Shown here in pieces: positions 1-11,447 of a DNA stretch of 64,000 nucleotides (its first letter is position 1; each line of letters begins with the position of its first letter). The stretch is taken from the NCBI RefSeq assembly GCF_024298765.1, contig NZ_CP101210.1; one strand, 5' to 3'. A program made the translations under genes and the position numbers. The notes below the pieces were generated by a model. It was given only the letters and a program-made list of their open reading frames with translations. It searched no databases and was not told where the DNA came from. This stretch comes from Escherichia coli. GTDB lineage: Bacteria > Pseudomonadota > Gammaproteobacteria > Enterobacterales > Enterobacteriaceae.

Positions 1-1
1 G

Positions 2-214
2 GTCAGCGACAGTGCCAATCCTGTTCATCATTATGGTCATGTGCAGGGAGGCTACAGTGTGCCACTGATTATTACCGCCAGTGACATAACGTCTCATCAG
101 CCCGTCAGTAGAAAAATCAGTGCCCGTCATTTCGCAGGTATTTTTCAGTGGATGAACGGTATTTGTACTGAAAATATACCGCCATTCAATCCGCTGACAG
201 ACGAAGATAATTAA
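2..214 (+). CDS. hypothetical protein, 3' fragment; frame open from window start, stop TAA at 212-214 directly abutting IS5
   Basis: Hand translation of frame 2 gives 70 sense codons then TAA; no family recognised; could be chance. Confidence 0.25.
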   Translation, partial: VSDSANPVHHYGHVQGGYSVPLIITASDITSHQPVSRKISARHFAGIFQWMNGICTENIPPFNPLTDEDN

Positions 215-1409
<1,195 letters not shown>

Positions 1410-2823
1410 CTAGTGGTTAAAGTGGCAGCACTGATGACTTAAGCGATATTGTCTTTGTATACCAGATGAATATCTGCTCCTCGCTCATAGCAGACTTTTG
1501 CATAGGTTCTTTTCCTAAAATAGCATGACATTTGTTTCAAAATTAGCCTGTAAGTCAAGAAAATACTTGGAGAATAATAATCTAGGCATTGGTAGCAACG
1601 ATAAATATCTACATAACCGATATTATCGAGTTACTAAATTGATGTGTTCCGGTAGATGAACAAAATGGTAGATCCTTCTAGAAACAAATAGAGTGTGGAT
1701 GAGGTAACCTGACTCAGCCAATTTATTGAGTCCGTTGAGCATCTGATCGGTTAATCTCTGAGAAAGAGTTTTCAGACAGATTCATTTTCTAGAATTATTT
1801 TTACTCATCAAACAAGGATGATTTTAATTTAGGTTTATTACTATAATTATATTTATTCTTTATATATTCTTTATTCACTCCCTTTTTCATACAATCTCTA
1901 TTGTTATTTACTTCCTGTCTTCACTCACTCTCAATCTTTACACATTCCATTAGTATTACTCTTGTTATCGTATTCACTCCATCCCTCAATCATAACTACT
2001 GTAACTCATATGATGTTCAGGTAAGTTATTCTCTACTACGCTATTGTTGATATTCATCTATTCTCATCTTCAGTAAAACAGTAATTGATTCTAATTTATC
2101 CATTATGAACCGTATTTGCTTAACAATGATTGTTTATCTGAAGTGTTTTAACTATTCTGGTGAACATCAATTTCTCTGTCATTACTGATTAACTGAATGC
2201 TTACTCTTTAATAAGGTATCCATTATTCTGTAACGATTAGCCGAGCAGGGTAAATAACAGAATTAATAGAGTGAATTTCTGATTGTGTTTGTTCGTTCCT
2301 GATTATCTTGTATTTTAAACAAAATGAAAATTATCCATCCATGGTATGTTTCATTCTGGTACCGTGTACCCGTTAACGTTCATATCTTGAACATGAGTTG
2401 TTTTTAACAGATAAAATGAGTGCGTGTAAGTTTATTGGGTTACAGGTATCGTGTTGGCCTTGTACACGGTTTTTTAGAACCATTGAGAGCAAGTTTGTAA
2501 TTTATGATGGTGATTAGTCGTAATATGTTTCTTGAACTTCTGATCGTGGGTTTTTATCGCATATTTTGCAGTATTTCGTGATGTTTATTGATTCTGTATT
2601 TTATTCACTCCTCGTTTATCTCATCTCTTTAGCTAATACCATCAGATAATCCATTTATTTCTGCACAACGCTACGTGTCGTTAATAACCGACGTATCCAT
2701 TCTGTTACAGCATGCCTGATAAATACCGTCTGTAAGTTATTACCGTTTTAGATCTGATTATGAGCGAAAGCATTAATTCGTTTACAGCACTTAAAACGTC
2801 ATTAACTTTCAGGAGTCATCAGC

Positions 2824-3390
2824 ATGCCTAAATCTTACACACCAAACTGGTTTTTTACCGCTTTACTTGACAATCACATCAATCAGTTGGTCGCACGCTA
2901 TTCCCGCCTGCGGGCCTTACGCATGGATTTCTTCTACAGGAAAGATACGCCTGATTTCTTACAACCTGATCATCGCTGGCTTGAATTGCAGTTGCGTATG
3001 CTGCTGGAGCAGGTGGAACAATTTGAAAATATCGTTGGTTTCTTCTGGGTGATTGAATGGACGGCTGATCATGGTTTTCATGCGCATGCGGTTTTCTGGC
3101 TCGATCGTCAGAGGGTTAAAAAAATATATCCCTTTGCGGAGCGGATTACGGAATGCTGGCAGTCTATTACGCATAACAGCGGTTCGGCACACCGCTGTAC
3201 ATATCAGCCGCATTATACATACAACATCAACATTCCCGTGCGTCATAACGATCCCGGGAGCATCGATAATATTCGCGGTGTCCTGCATTATCTGGCGAAA
3301 GAAGAGCAAAAAGACGGACTGTGCGCATACGGTTGCAGTGAAGTTCCTGAACGACCTGCTGCAGGGCGTCCTCGTAAGCCTCACTTCTGA
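2824..3390 (+). CDS. island/prophage-associated hypothetical protein, possibly inovirus Gp2-like (YfjJ/YagK-type) family
   Basis: 188-aa ORF after a long AT-rich leader; family guess from gene context next to alpA and motif GFHAHAVFWLD; not verified. Confidence 0.4.
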   Translation: MPKSYTPNWFFTALLDNHINQLVARYSRLRALRMDFFYRKDTPDFLQPDHRWLELQLRMLLEQVEQFENIVGFFWVIEWTADHGFHAHAVFWLDRQRVKKIYPFAERITECWQSITHNSGSAHRCTYQPHYTYNINIPVRHNDPGSIDNIRGVLHYLAKEEQKDGLCAYGCSEVPERPAAGRPRKPHF

Positions 3391-3617
3391 AGCTTAAATC
3401 CTGAGCTTCCTGTCCTGGAAACATTCCGTCGGTAAAACCTTACCGCCTTGCTTAATGATGTGAACTGAAGTCAACGGAGATCATTCACTCTGAACCACAT
3501 CCGGTGTTCTGTCCCTTGTCGGTGACCTGATCTTCCCGTTCTGCCCCGGTTCTTCACTTATTCCATCAACCCCATCCGCAAACCATAACACGTCAGCTTA
3601 TTCACGGGCAGGACGCA

Positions 3618-4208
3618 TTGTGGGCTGCGCATAACGGAGCATATCTTATGAATGCTATCCCTTATTTCGACTATAGCCTGGCCCCCTTCTGGCCATCTTA
3701 TCAGAACAAAGTCATCGGCGTCCTTGAGCGTGCGCTGCGTGAGCAGTCCGGCTCACGGATACGGCGGATCCTGCTTCGTCTGCCGTGTGAATATGACAAT
3801 ACCTTCAACAGCAGAACGACCTGGTTTGGTATGGATTTTATCGAAACCGTCAGTGCGCTGATGAATGCAACACCCGGACGTGACCTTTGCTGGCTCCTGA
3901 CCCGTCATCCTGAAAAACCGGAATACCATGTGGTGCTGTGCGTCAGACAGGAGTATTTCGACGGCCCCGAACTGGATCGGTTGATTCTGGATGCCTGGAG
4001 TAACGTGCTGGGTTTCGCGTCACCAGGTGAAGCAAAGCCGTACCAGAAGCAGATCACCCGGGATGTGGTACTGGATCGCCGGTCACCGGACTGCGAAGCC
4101 CTGTTTAAGGACCTTATCTGGGCGTTCAGTGATTTCGCCCGCGATCGCCGTGGAGTGCGCGATCCGGAAGCCCGTTGCCTCGCCGGTAATCCCGGTTGGC
4201 AGTGCTGA
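3618..4208 (+). CDS. hypothetical protein (island-associated)
   Basis: 196-aa ORF in same orientation as neighbours; no family recognised. Confidence 0.35.
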   Translation: MWAAHNGAYLMNAIPYFDYSLAPFWPSYQNKVIGVLERALREQSGSRIRRILLRLPCEYDNTFNSRTTWFGMDFIETVSALMNATPGRDLCWLLTRHPEKPEYHVVLCVRQEYFDGPELDRLILDAWSNVLGFASPGEAKPYQKQITRDVVLDRRSPDCEALFKDLIWAFSDFARDRRGVRDPEARCLAGNPGWQC

Positions 4209-4276
4209 AAGCAGCATTCCATCCCATACCTCGTATTACCCCATTCTTCATCAATCTCACAGAGGATATTCTGACC

Positions 4277-4507
4277 ATGTTGACCACAATAAGCCACGAC
4301 AGCGTGTTGCTGCGTGCCGACGATCCCCTGATCGACATGAACTACATCACCAGTTTCACCGGCATGACCGATAAATGGTTTTACAGGCTGATCAGTGAAG
4401 GTCATTTCCCTAAACCCATCAAACTGGGGCGCAGCAGCCGCTGGTACAAAAGTGAAGTAGAGCAGTGGATGCAGCAGCGAATTGAGGAATCACGAGGAGC
4501 AGCATGA
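4277..4507 (+). CDS. alpA: AlpA-family phage transcriptional regulator (MerR-like HTH)
   Basis: Internal Met of ORF 4196-4507 gives ~76 aa MLTTISHDSVLL...FTGMTDKWFYRLISEGHFPKPIKLGRSSRWYKSEVEQWMQQR, typical AlpA pattern. Confidence 0.65.
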   Translation: MLTTISHDSVLLRADDPLIDMNYITSFTGMTDKWFYRLISEGHFPKPIKLGRSSRWYKSEVEQWMQQRIEESRGAA

Positions 4508-4617
4508 AACGAGTTGTGATGCCGGTACGCTGGCAATGTGCAAAATGCCGGCGCTGGTATTGCGGAAATCAGCTCTGTCCCTGGTGCTGGCGACATTACC
4601 GTTCATTTTCCTGCTGA
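4504..4617 (+). CDS. small Cys-rich (zinc-ribbon-like) protein, 37 aa, ATGA-coupled to alpA stop
   Basis: Hand translation MKRVVMPVRWQCAKCRRWYCGNQLCPWCWRHYRSFSC; CxxC and CxxC-like pairs; below ORF-track size cutoff. Confidence 0.3.
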   Translation: MKRVVMPVRWQCAKCRRWYCGNQLCPWCWRHYRSFSC

Positions 4618-4732
4618 CCCTCTCCGGTCAGCCAGCAGGTTGTAGCTCTTTCCTGACTGATTCGTTATTCCTTTCGTCCCGTCAGTCACTGGTGTTTGTA
4701 TCGTACTGTGCTGGTGTTGATGTGCGTTTTCC

Positions 4733-5275
4733 GTGTGTCTGCACCGGCTTAACAAAATTCACAGGGGTAAAATAGTGCAAATAACCGAAGCCTTACTTTC
4801 AGCGCCGGGGGAAATCCGGCGTTTTGTTCAGCAGGGGGTGGACCACTGGCCGCGTCTGCTGGCATTTCACTTCACGCTCCATTCGGCAGAAGGAAACATC
4901 AACGGGCAACAGATTCATGCATTCTGTACTTCCTTTTATGAACGTATTACTGAGCGTAATCACACGACCAGTCCATCATCGCCGGTGGTATTACGCTGGT
5001 TGCGGGAACAACATGGAGGAGCAACAATGCGATGCCTGTTGCTGCTCAGCCAGACGAGTATTTGTCACCCGCGAGCCAGTGTCACAGTTGATGAACAATG
5101 TTCGCAAGTGGTGGATTTACTGCAGCAGACCTGGCGGGGGATGGATACGGGCGGACAATGTCGGGTGGAAAGGTGTTTTCGGGTTACCCGGCCTGATACA
5201 TCAGAGCAATACGTTGCGTTAAAAACGGCTGTTCAGTCTCTGATGCCACTGGTTATTGCAACAATCATCCGGTGA
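4733..5275 (+). CDS. hypothetical protein
   Basis: 180-aa ORF; no family recognised; start uncertain. Confidence 0.3.
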   Translation: MCLHRLNKIHRGKIVQITEALLSAPGEIRRFVQQGVDHWPRLLAFHFTLHSAEGNINGQQIHAFCTSFYERITERNHTTSPSSPVVLRWLREQHGGATMRCLLLLSQTSICHPRASVTVDEQCSQVVDLLQQTWRGMDTGGQCRVERCFRVTRPDTSEQYVALKTAVQSLMPLVIATIIR

Positions 5276-5514
5276 TGACCGGGAGAAATATCGACTCTTC
5301 CGTTAATTTTTACAGACTGATAAAGTTTTGTCTGCTGAATCTTTATACGGAATTCTTTTCAGTATGCGTACACGAATTGATTATCTGGCGGATAAATACT
5401 GTTTTACAGAACTGAATGAATCGCCCCGTCTTCGCCGGCAATGGCAGGATGTCCTGGATGAGTGCCGGCAGACAGAGGCAGGGCCGGAAGAACGGTTGCG
5501 TATTGCACTGTTGA

Positions 5515-7206
5515 ATGTGGATTACGTCAGCAATGCTGAATCTGGATAAGCCTGGTGCCTGCGATCCCAGTGTGGAACGTCTGTTTGAAGGCTTTGCCTT
5601 CCTGATGGGACGTTTGCGTGAAAAGCTGGATGATGACCTGCCGGAGCTCACCGAAGGTCTGGTGAGTCTGCTGTGGCCGCACTATATGCGGACTATCCCG
5701 TCGCTGGCCATCGTTGAGTTCTCGCCTGACTGGCGTAGTCTGCGTCAGGCCGAAATACTGGCTGAAGGCTTTTCCGTTCTGTCCCGTCCTGTCGGGCCGC
5801 ATAAAACCGCCTGCCAGTACCGGGCGACCCGCGATGTGTTGCTACAACCGCTGCACCTTGCAGATGCCCGTCTCCATACTGAATCCGATGGCCGCTCTGC
5901 TATCCGTCTGCGCTTCGAATGCCCTGAAAAAGTGGACTGGAGTAAAGCCGGGATCGACAAAGTCGCCATTTTTCTTAACGCAGAGGCGCCGGTAAGTGCT
6001 GCGCTACATCTGGCAATGACCCGGCGTGTACATGCCATGTATGCGCGTCATGCCGGGACATATACCGGACGTCGTCAGTTTGACGGCTGGTGCAGACCCA
6101 TGGGCTTTGACGACAATGACTGCCTGTGGAAGAAAGCTGATACAGCCTTCAGTGGTTACCAGTTGCTGCTGGAGTATTTCAGCTTCCGTCCGAAGTTTAT
6201 GTTTGTTGAACTGCGCGGCCTCGACACCATTGGGCTCACTGCGGCCAGTACCTGGTTTGAAATCGACATTGTGCTCAGTGAAGCCTGGTCATCCGGTTTG
6301 CCTTTTGAGACAGAAAACTTCCGCCTGCACTGTGCGCCGGTTATCAATCTCTTTACCCTGGAAGCCGACCCGCTGATCCTTAACCCGCTGGATAACGAGT
6401 ACCTGCTCAGGCCGCTGCGTCTTCAGGATGGTCACACCGAAATTTACAGCGTCGATAACATTCACGGCTCGGTGAAGAACGGCAGACACCCTTATGTCCC
6501 GTTCACCAGCTTCCGGCACCGGGGCGGTATGATGCGCCACGATGCTCCTGAACGTTATTACCACACCCGTGTGAAACGGGGACCCTCCGGCCTGTATGAC
6601 ACATGGTTAGTTCTCGGGGGGCGTTCGTTCGAGCTGGAGCAGTTGTCCGATAAACCGGAGTCCCTCTCGATGCGAATCACCGCGACCAACGGGCAGCTTC
6701 CGCGCAGGGCGCTGGAAAGTACGCTCCTGGACAGGGTGGTCAAAACCGGCAAAGTCCCCGTCAGAGTCCTGAACCTGACCGCACCGACGATGCCACTGTA
6801 TCCCCCGGCAAATGACCGGTTTCACTGGCGGGTGATGAGTCACCTCGGATCAAACTTTCTCAGCATGATGGACAATCCGGAGGTGCTGCGGGGGACGCTG
6901 GCGCTCTATGACTGGACCGACGATGAAATGAACCGCCGCCGGCTTGAAGCCATCGTTGCTGTGAAGCACACCCTGATCCGCCGTTTTGAAAAGGGCTTTA
7001 TGCTCCGTGGCGTGGACATTGAGGTCACGCTGAATATGGATAATTTTGCCGGCGAGGGCGATGTGAATCTCTTCGGGGAGATGCTGCACCGTTTCTTTGC
7101 GCTCTATGCTGATGTTCACCTTTTCAACCAGCTCACACTGGTACTGCAACCCACAGGGAAACGACTGAGATGGAAAGAGAATCACAGCCAGCACGTACCG
7201 GGCTGA
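5515..7206 (+). CDS. tssF: type VI secretion baseplate subunit TssF (ImpG/VasA family), apparently lacking ~25-30 N-terminal residues
   Basis: Motif ERLFEGFAFLMGRLREKLDDDLPELTEGLVSLLWPHYMRTIPSLAIVEF is the conserved TssF N-proximal signature but sits at residue ~17; in-frame stop just upstream of 5515. Confidence 0.75.
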   Translation: MWITSAMLNLDKPGACDPSVERLFEGFAFLMGRLREKLDDDLPELTEGLVSLLWPHYMRTIPSLAIVEFSPDWRSLRQAEILAEGFSVLSRPVGPHKTACQYRATRDVLLQPLHLADARLHTESDGRSAIRLRFECPEKVDWSKAGIDKVAIFLNAEAPVSAALHLAMTRRVHAMYARHAGTYTGRRQFDGWCRPMGFDDNDCLWKKADTAFSGYQLLLEYFSFRPKFMFVELRGLDTIGLTAASTWFEIDIVLSEAWSSGLPFETENFRLHCAPVINLFTLEADPLILNPLDNEYLLRPLRLQDGHTEIYSVDNIHGSVKNGRHPYVPFTSFRHRGGMMRHDAPERYYHTRVKRGPSGLYDTWLVLGGRSFELEQLSDKPESLSMRITATNGQLPRRALESTLLDRVVKTGKVPVRVLNLTAPTMPLYPPANDRFHWRVMSHLGSNFLSMMDNPEVLRGTLALYDWTDDEMNRRRLEAIVAVKHTLIRRFEKGFMLRGVDIEVTLNMDNFAGEGDVNLFGEMLHRFFALYADVHLFNQLTLVLQPTGKRLRWKENHSQHVPG

Positions 7207-8015
7207 CGCAGGCCCTGGCCCTTAACAACGATATCTGGCGGGCCAGTTTTTATCGTTTCTGCCAGCTGCTGGAGCTGGAAAATCCGGACGGGCCAAAACT
7301 GGGCACGACCAGCCATCCGGGCGATGACCCGGTGCGATTCAGGCCCTGGCCCGGGATGGGATTCCCGGTCAGCACCCTGAAAGCGGTGGAGATCGACGAA
7401 GACCGTCCGACATTACCCCCAACGATCCGCACGACATTTCTCGGAATGTATGGGGTGGACTCACCTCTGCCGACGTCCTGGCTGGATGATATTGCGCAGC
7501 GCCGTGAAGGACATGAGGCGCTCACCTCATTTCTGGATATTTTCAGCCACCGCATCACCACCCAGTACTACCGGATCTGGCGAAAATATGCGTATCCGGC
7601 CACTTTCGAGGAGGGGGGGCGCGATGCCACATCGCAGTGTCTGCTGGGACTGGTCGGACTCGGTATACCCGGCACCGCTGAACAGGTGGCAACGCCGGTT
7701 TCCCGTTTCCTGGCCTTACTGGGTGCCATGCGATTACCCACCCGCAATGCTGAAGGCATCCGGGCTCTGGTGAGTCTGCTGGCACCGGATACCCGCGCAC
7801 TTATCACCGAACCCGATCCGGTTAAGGTCCATATCGATAACCGCAGTGGGCTGGGTGCCGGAAACCGCATCCGTCTTTCGCAGCGGGCCACGCTGGGTAA
7901 AACGGCAGGGGAAGCATGCAGCCGGCTCCTGATGACACTGGAAACAGCGGATCCGGACGAGGCGGAAGGCTGGTTGCCCACAGATAACCGGAGCAGGATT
8001 TACCGCCTTTCTTAG
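7170..8015 (+). pseudogene. tssG: type VI secretion baseplate subunit TssG (ImpH family), 3'-truncated at IS66 junction near 7970
   Basis: Overlaps tssF stop as in T6SS clusters; 281 codons versus ~330-350 expected; last ~15 codons are IS66-derived sequence read out of frame. Confidence 0.65.
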
Positions 8016-8066
8016 TGTTCAGGATCTTCAGGGTAGTCTCATCTGCATGCACCACCGGACGGTTTA

Positions 8067-8849
8067 TCAACTCGCGATGGAGTAACGCCGCCAGGGGAGA
8101 TAATGCGGCACCCGCCGCGCCAACCATGTCAGCCATCGAACTGACGGGCAGCCCGACACTGAACGGGCAAAGACCTGTTGCTGGCGATACAGAGGCAGGT
8201 GGTCACCGTATTTATTGATGATCACCTGTGTGATGACTGATGGCTCAACGGCACTTTTCGGGAGGATATGTGCCGGCATTTCACCGCTGAACACCTTCTG
8301 GCAACAGGAACAACTGTATTGCGGACGGACATAACGGTTCACCACGAAGTGAACGGGAATATACTCCAGCTTTTCACTCACCGCATCACGGATATAGTGC
8401 AGCGGCTCGTCACATTCAGGGCAATGGTCAGTGTCCGGCTGGATAATTTTTTCCACCCGTGGAAGATGAGCCGGTAAGGGTTTGCGTATCGGGCGTGAAC
8501 GGGACGCTTTTTCGTCTTCTTCAGGGGATTGCGGGAGCAGTTTATCCAGATGTGCGGTAAGCGCGGCGATATCGACATCAACATCCTCTTCGAACAGGGA
8601 GCGTTGCATACCAGCCAGCGTTTCACATTTTTTACCGAAGCGCTGTTGACGAACCAGTTTCAGCATTTCTTCCAGAAGCTGGATGCGCCGGCTTTTCTCC
8701 AGTAATTCCCGCTCTTTTTCGGCATTCTCCGACATGACTTTTTGTACCATGGTAAGTGCCATAGCACGCAGTTTTTCGATGTCATTCGTGGTGTTGAGAG
8801 CGGAGATATCCATACAGGGGAGTATACCACTCCAGATACGGATATTCAT
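8067..8849 (-). pseudogene. tnpC: IS66-family transposase TnpC, N-terminal portion (frameshift near 8140)
   Basis: 260-aa ORF with coiled-coil N-terminus, CPECDEPLHYI zinc motif and HLPLYRQQQVFAR, as in IS66 TnpC. Confidence 0.7.
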
Positions 8850-8855
8850 TATTTT

Positions 8856-9248
8856 TCACTGAGTTAGCAGTGTATTTTGCGTGTTTTCAGGGCGCAGTTC
8901 AGGTTCATTCTGCCAGCCCCATTTCGTCAGGTCATGTCCCTTAACCTGCTGCCAGTCAACACCGGCAATCAGCCAGTTAAACTCGTCGGGAGTTAGGTGC
9001 CAGGCAGCATCATTTGCACGTGGCCAGCGGAAGCTGCCTTTGTGCAGACGGCGGGTACACAACCACACCCCGTGTTTATCCCACCGGAGAACTTTGATAC
9101 GCGAACGGACTTTGTTAACAAAGACGAAGGCGGCTCCCTCATGCCATGTCGACCGGAGTTCATCCTGTATATACTGCGTCAGTGTGTCGATGCCCCGGCG
9201 CATGTCAACAGGTTTAATCGCGATGAAGACATTATCAGGACTGAGCAT
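8856..9248 (-). CDS. tnpB: IS66-family TnpB
   Basis: Internal start MLSPDNVFIAIKPVDMRRGIDTL... of ORF 8856-9542 matches IS66 orf2 pattern. Confidence 0.7.
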   Translation of the reverse strand: MLSPDNVFIAIKPVDMRRGIDTLTQYIQDELRSTWHEGAAFVFVNKVRSRIKVLRWDKHGVWLCTRRLHKGSFRWPRANDAAWHLTPDEFNWLIAGVDWQQVKGHDLTKWGWQNEPELRPENTQNTLLTQ

Positions 9249-9564
9249 ATTTGAGCGCCCTGAAGACATCGGTAAGTTGTGACGGCTGACAGCACATCCG
9301 TACTCCGCCGGGAAGGAAGAGCGTGACTGGCTCATTCGTGACGGGCTGTGGTACATCAGCATGCAGTGGTGGCGCAATATGAACGGGAAGAACGGTCGGT
9401 TCATTTGCCCGGCGTTCAGCTTTTGCGACATCCTGCGGCCATTCGCGAAGTGATGTGAAGGGAATATCGTTGAGTTCACAGTATTGCTGACGTGTAAGAC
9501 CACTGGCGCGCCAGGCAGCAACGTGCTGCCTTTTCTGTTCAATGGTCCATCGGGGTTTTGACAT
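9235..9564 (-). CDS. tnpA: IS66-family accessory protein TnpA
   Basis: 109-aa ORF immediately upstream of and overlapping tnpB in IS66 order. Confidence 0.55.
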   Translation of the reverse strand: MSKPRWTIEQKRQHVAAWRASGLTRQQYCELNDIPFTSLREWPQDVAKAERRANEPTVLPVHIAPPLHADVPQPVTNEPVTLFLPGGVRMCCQPSQLTDVFRALKYAQS

Positions 9565-9649
9565 TGATTATCTCCGGTAAGTTGGTGAATGAATGTCGGT
9601 AATGCTAACTGACTGAAAATCTCTGTGAAGATGACTTCCCCGTAACGAC

Positions 9650-10404
9650 ACCTTCTTTATCGCCTGCCGAATGACGCTGTTCAGCGATTCGATGGCTATC
9701 GTCGTGTCCGGGCTATTCTCAGACGGCAGTCTTAACGAAGGACTGCAGTTCGTGAATGCAAATCGCGTTTATCGAATAATGAGCGAGAATAACCTGTTGT
9801 TATTACATGACAAACCTTCACGACCGCAGAGGGAACATAAAGGCCCGAATATCGGTGAAGGAAAGCGACCCGCGCTGGTGTGCCGATGGCTTTGAGTTCG
9901 GTTGTGATGATGACGAAAAACTGCGTGTCACGTTCGCACTGGACTGTTGCGATCTTGAATCCATAGACTGGGCCGCAAGCACGGGAGGTTATGGCAAAGC
10001 AACGGTGCAGGATGTCATGTCAGGAGCGATAGAAAAACGCTTTGGCGATAGACCGGGATGGCCCATCCAGTGGCTGACCGATAACGGTTCGGCTTATACA
10101 ACTCATGAAACACGGCAGTTCGCCAGAGAGTTGAATCTGGAGCTCTGCACGACGGCAGTCAGTAGCCCTCAGAGTAATGGAATGAGAGAACGGTTCGTGA
10201 AAACGATGAAGAGCGATTACATCAGTATCATACCTAAACCGGACGGGTTAATGGCAGCAAAGAACCTTGCAGAGGCGTTCGAGCATTATAACGAATGGCA
10301 TCCGCATAGTGCACTGGGTTATCGCTCGCCACGGGAATATCTACGGCAGCGGGCCAGTAATGGGTTAAGTGATAACAGGTGTCTGGAAATATAGGGGCAA
10401 ATCC
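9650..10404 (+). mobile_element. IS2-like (IS3 family) element, 3' portion only; ends at IS2 right terminus GGGGCAAATCCA
   Basis: Encodes InsD-like C-terminal region; last ~150 bp identical to the IS2 fragment at 38287-38436. Confidence 0.7.
9671..10394 (+). pseudogene. insD: IS2-like transposase InsD (OrfB), 5'-truncated and frameshifted
   Basis: Frames 9671-9895 and 9807-10394 together give NANRVYRIM...WCADGFEF...WLTDNGSAY...[29 protein letters not shown]. Confidence 0.7.
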
Positions 10405-10650
10405 ATTTCGCAAGCAAAGACTCTGGTAAATACTCGTCATATTTATCCAGATCCTTATCAGGAACAACTGTAGCAGGCTCAAATTCTGAAGGTGCAAAAT
10501 GGCATCTGAATCGATCACGACTTGGCATGCTTCCGATCATTGATTGGCATCCTGCCAGTCGTATCGTAAGCGTAAACCGACCGCCGTATGTAGCCATTAG
10601 ACAAGAATTGGTAACTTAGACGCCCATCTGACACAGACGGACATCTAAGT

Positions 10651-11070
10651 ATGGAATTGCAGGACTGGCGAAAAGAACCTCGTAAAAAGTATTCGAATGA
10701 ATTCAAACTTCGTATGGTTGAACTGGCATCACAACCCGGTGCTTGTGTGGTCCAGATTGCACGAGAAAATGGCGTCAATGATAATGTTATATTCAAATGG
10801 CTCAGACTCTGGCAAAACGAAGGGTGTATATCGCAGCGTCTTCCGGTGACAACCACTTCTGACGCAGGCGTTGAATTATTACCTGTAGAGATAACGCCTG
10901 ATGAGCCGAAAGAACCGGTGGCTGCTCTTACTCCGTCTTTATCCACCCAGACTACTGTCAGTGCCAGCTCCTGCAAGGTGGAGTTCCGTCACGGTAACAT
11001 GACGCTGGAAAATCCTTCACCAGAGCTGCTCACTGTGTTGATCCGTGAACTGACCGGGAGGGGACGATGA
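10651..11070 (+). CDS. tnpA: IS66-family TnpA
   Basis: 139-aa ORF MELQDWRKEPRKKYSNEFKLRMVELAS...; overlaps tnpB start (ATGA). Confidence 0.7.
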   Translation: MELQDWRKEPRKKYSNEFKLRMVELASQPGACVVQIARENGVNDNVIFKWLRLWQNEGCISQRLPVTTTSDAGVELLPVEITPDEPKEPVAALTPSLSTQTTVSASSCKVEFRHGNMTLENPSPELLTVLIRELTGRGR

Positions 11071-11417
11071 TCTCACTCCCGTCAGGCACCCGCATCTGGC
11101 TCGTTGCCGGCGTTACCGATATGCGTAAATCCTTCAACGGACTGGGAGAACAGGTACAGCATGTGCTGAATGATAATCCCTTCTCCGGTCACCTGTTCAT
11201 CTTCCGTGGCCGACGGGGTGACACGATTAAAATCCTGTGGGCTGATGCTGATGGTCTGTGCCTGTTCACCAAACGCCTGGAGGAAGGCCAGTTTATCTGG
11301 CCTGCGGTGCGTGACGGCAAGATATCCATTACCCGCTCGCAACTGGCAATGCTCCTCGATAAGCTGGACTGGCGTCAGCCAAAAACATCCCGTCTTAACG
11401 CACTGACAATGTTGTAA
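11067..11417 (+). CDS. tnpB: IS66-family TnpB
   Basis: 116-aa ORF MISLPSGTRIWLVAGVTDMRKSFNGL..., canonical IS66 orf2. Confidence 0.75.
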   Translation: MISLPSGTRIWLVAGVTDMRKSFNGLGEQVQHVLNDNPFSGHLFIFRGRRGDTIKILWADADGLCLFTKRLEEGQFIWPAVRDGKISITRSQLAMLLDKLDWRQPKTSRLNALTML

Positions 11418-11447
11418 AAATGTCATGGCCGGATTATAAAAACGGTC

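Larger units (their letters stand above)
7966..9650 (-). mobile_element. IS66-family element remnant (tnpA-tnpB-tnpC), tnpC frameshifted and truncated
   Basis: Three-gene IS66 architecture on minus strand; TnpC-like frames continue to ~7969 (HADETTLKIL...GYLWA); ends approximate. Confidence 0.65.

Noticed and set aside
1850-2100. Repeated ATTCACTCC-like motifs considered as a possible CRISPR array or iteron set
   Set aside because: Spacing is irregular and the repeats are short and degenerate; no repeat-spacer periodicity and no cas genes nearby. Kept only as a compositional observation.
5328-5549. 73-codon ORF considered as tssE or the missing tssF N-terminus joined by frameshift
   Set aside because: Its translation does not match the TssF N-terminal pattern or a TssE pattern that I can recognise.
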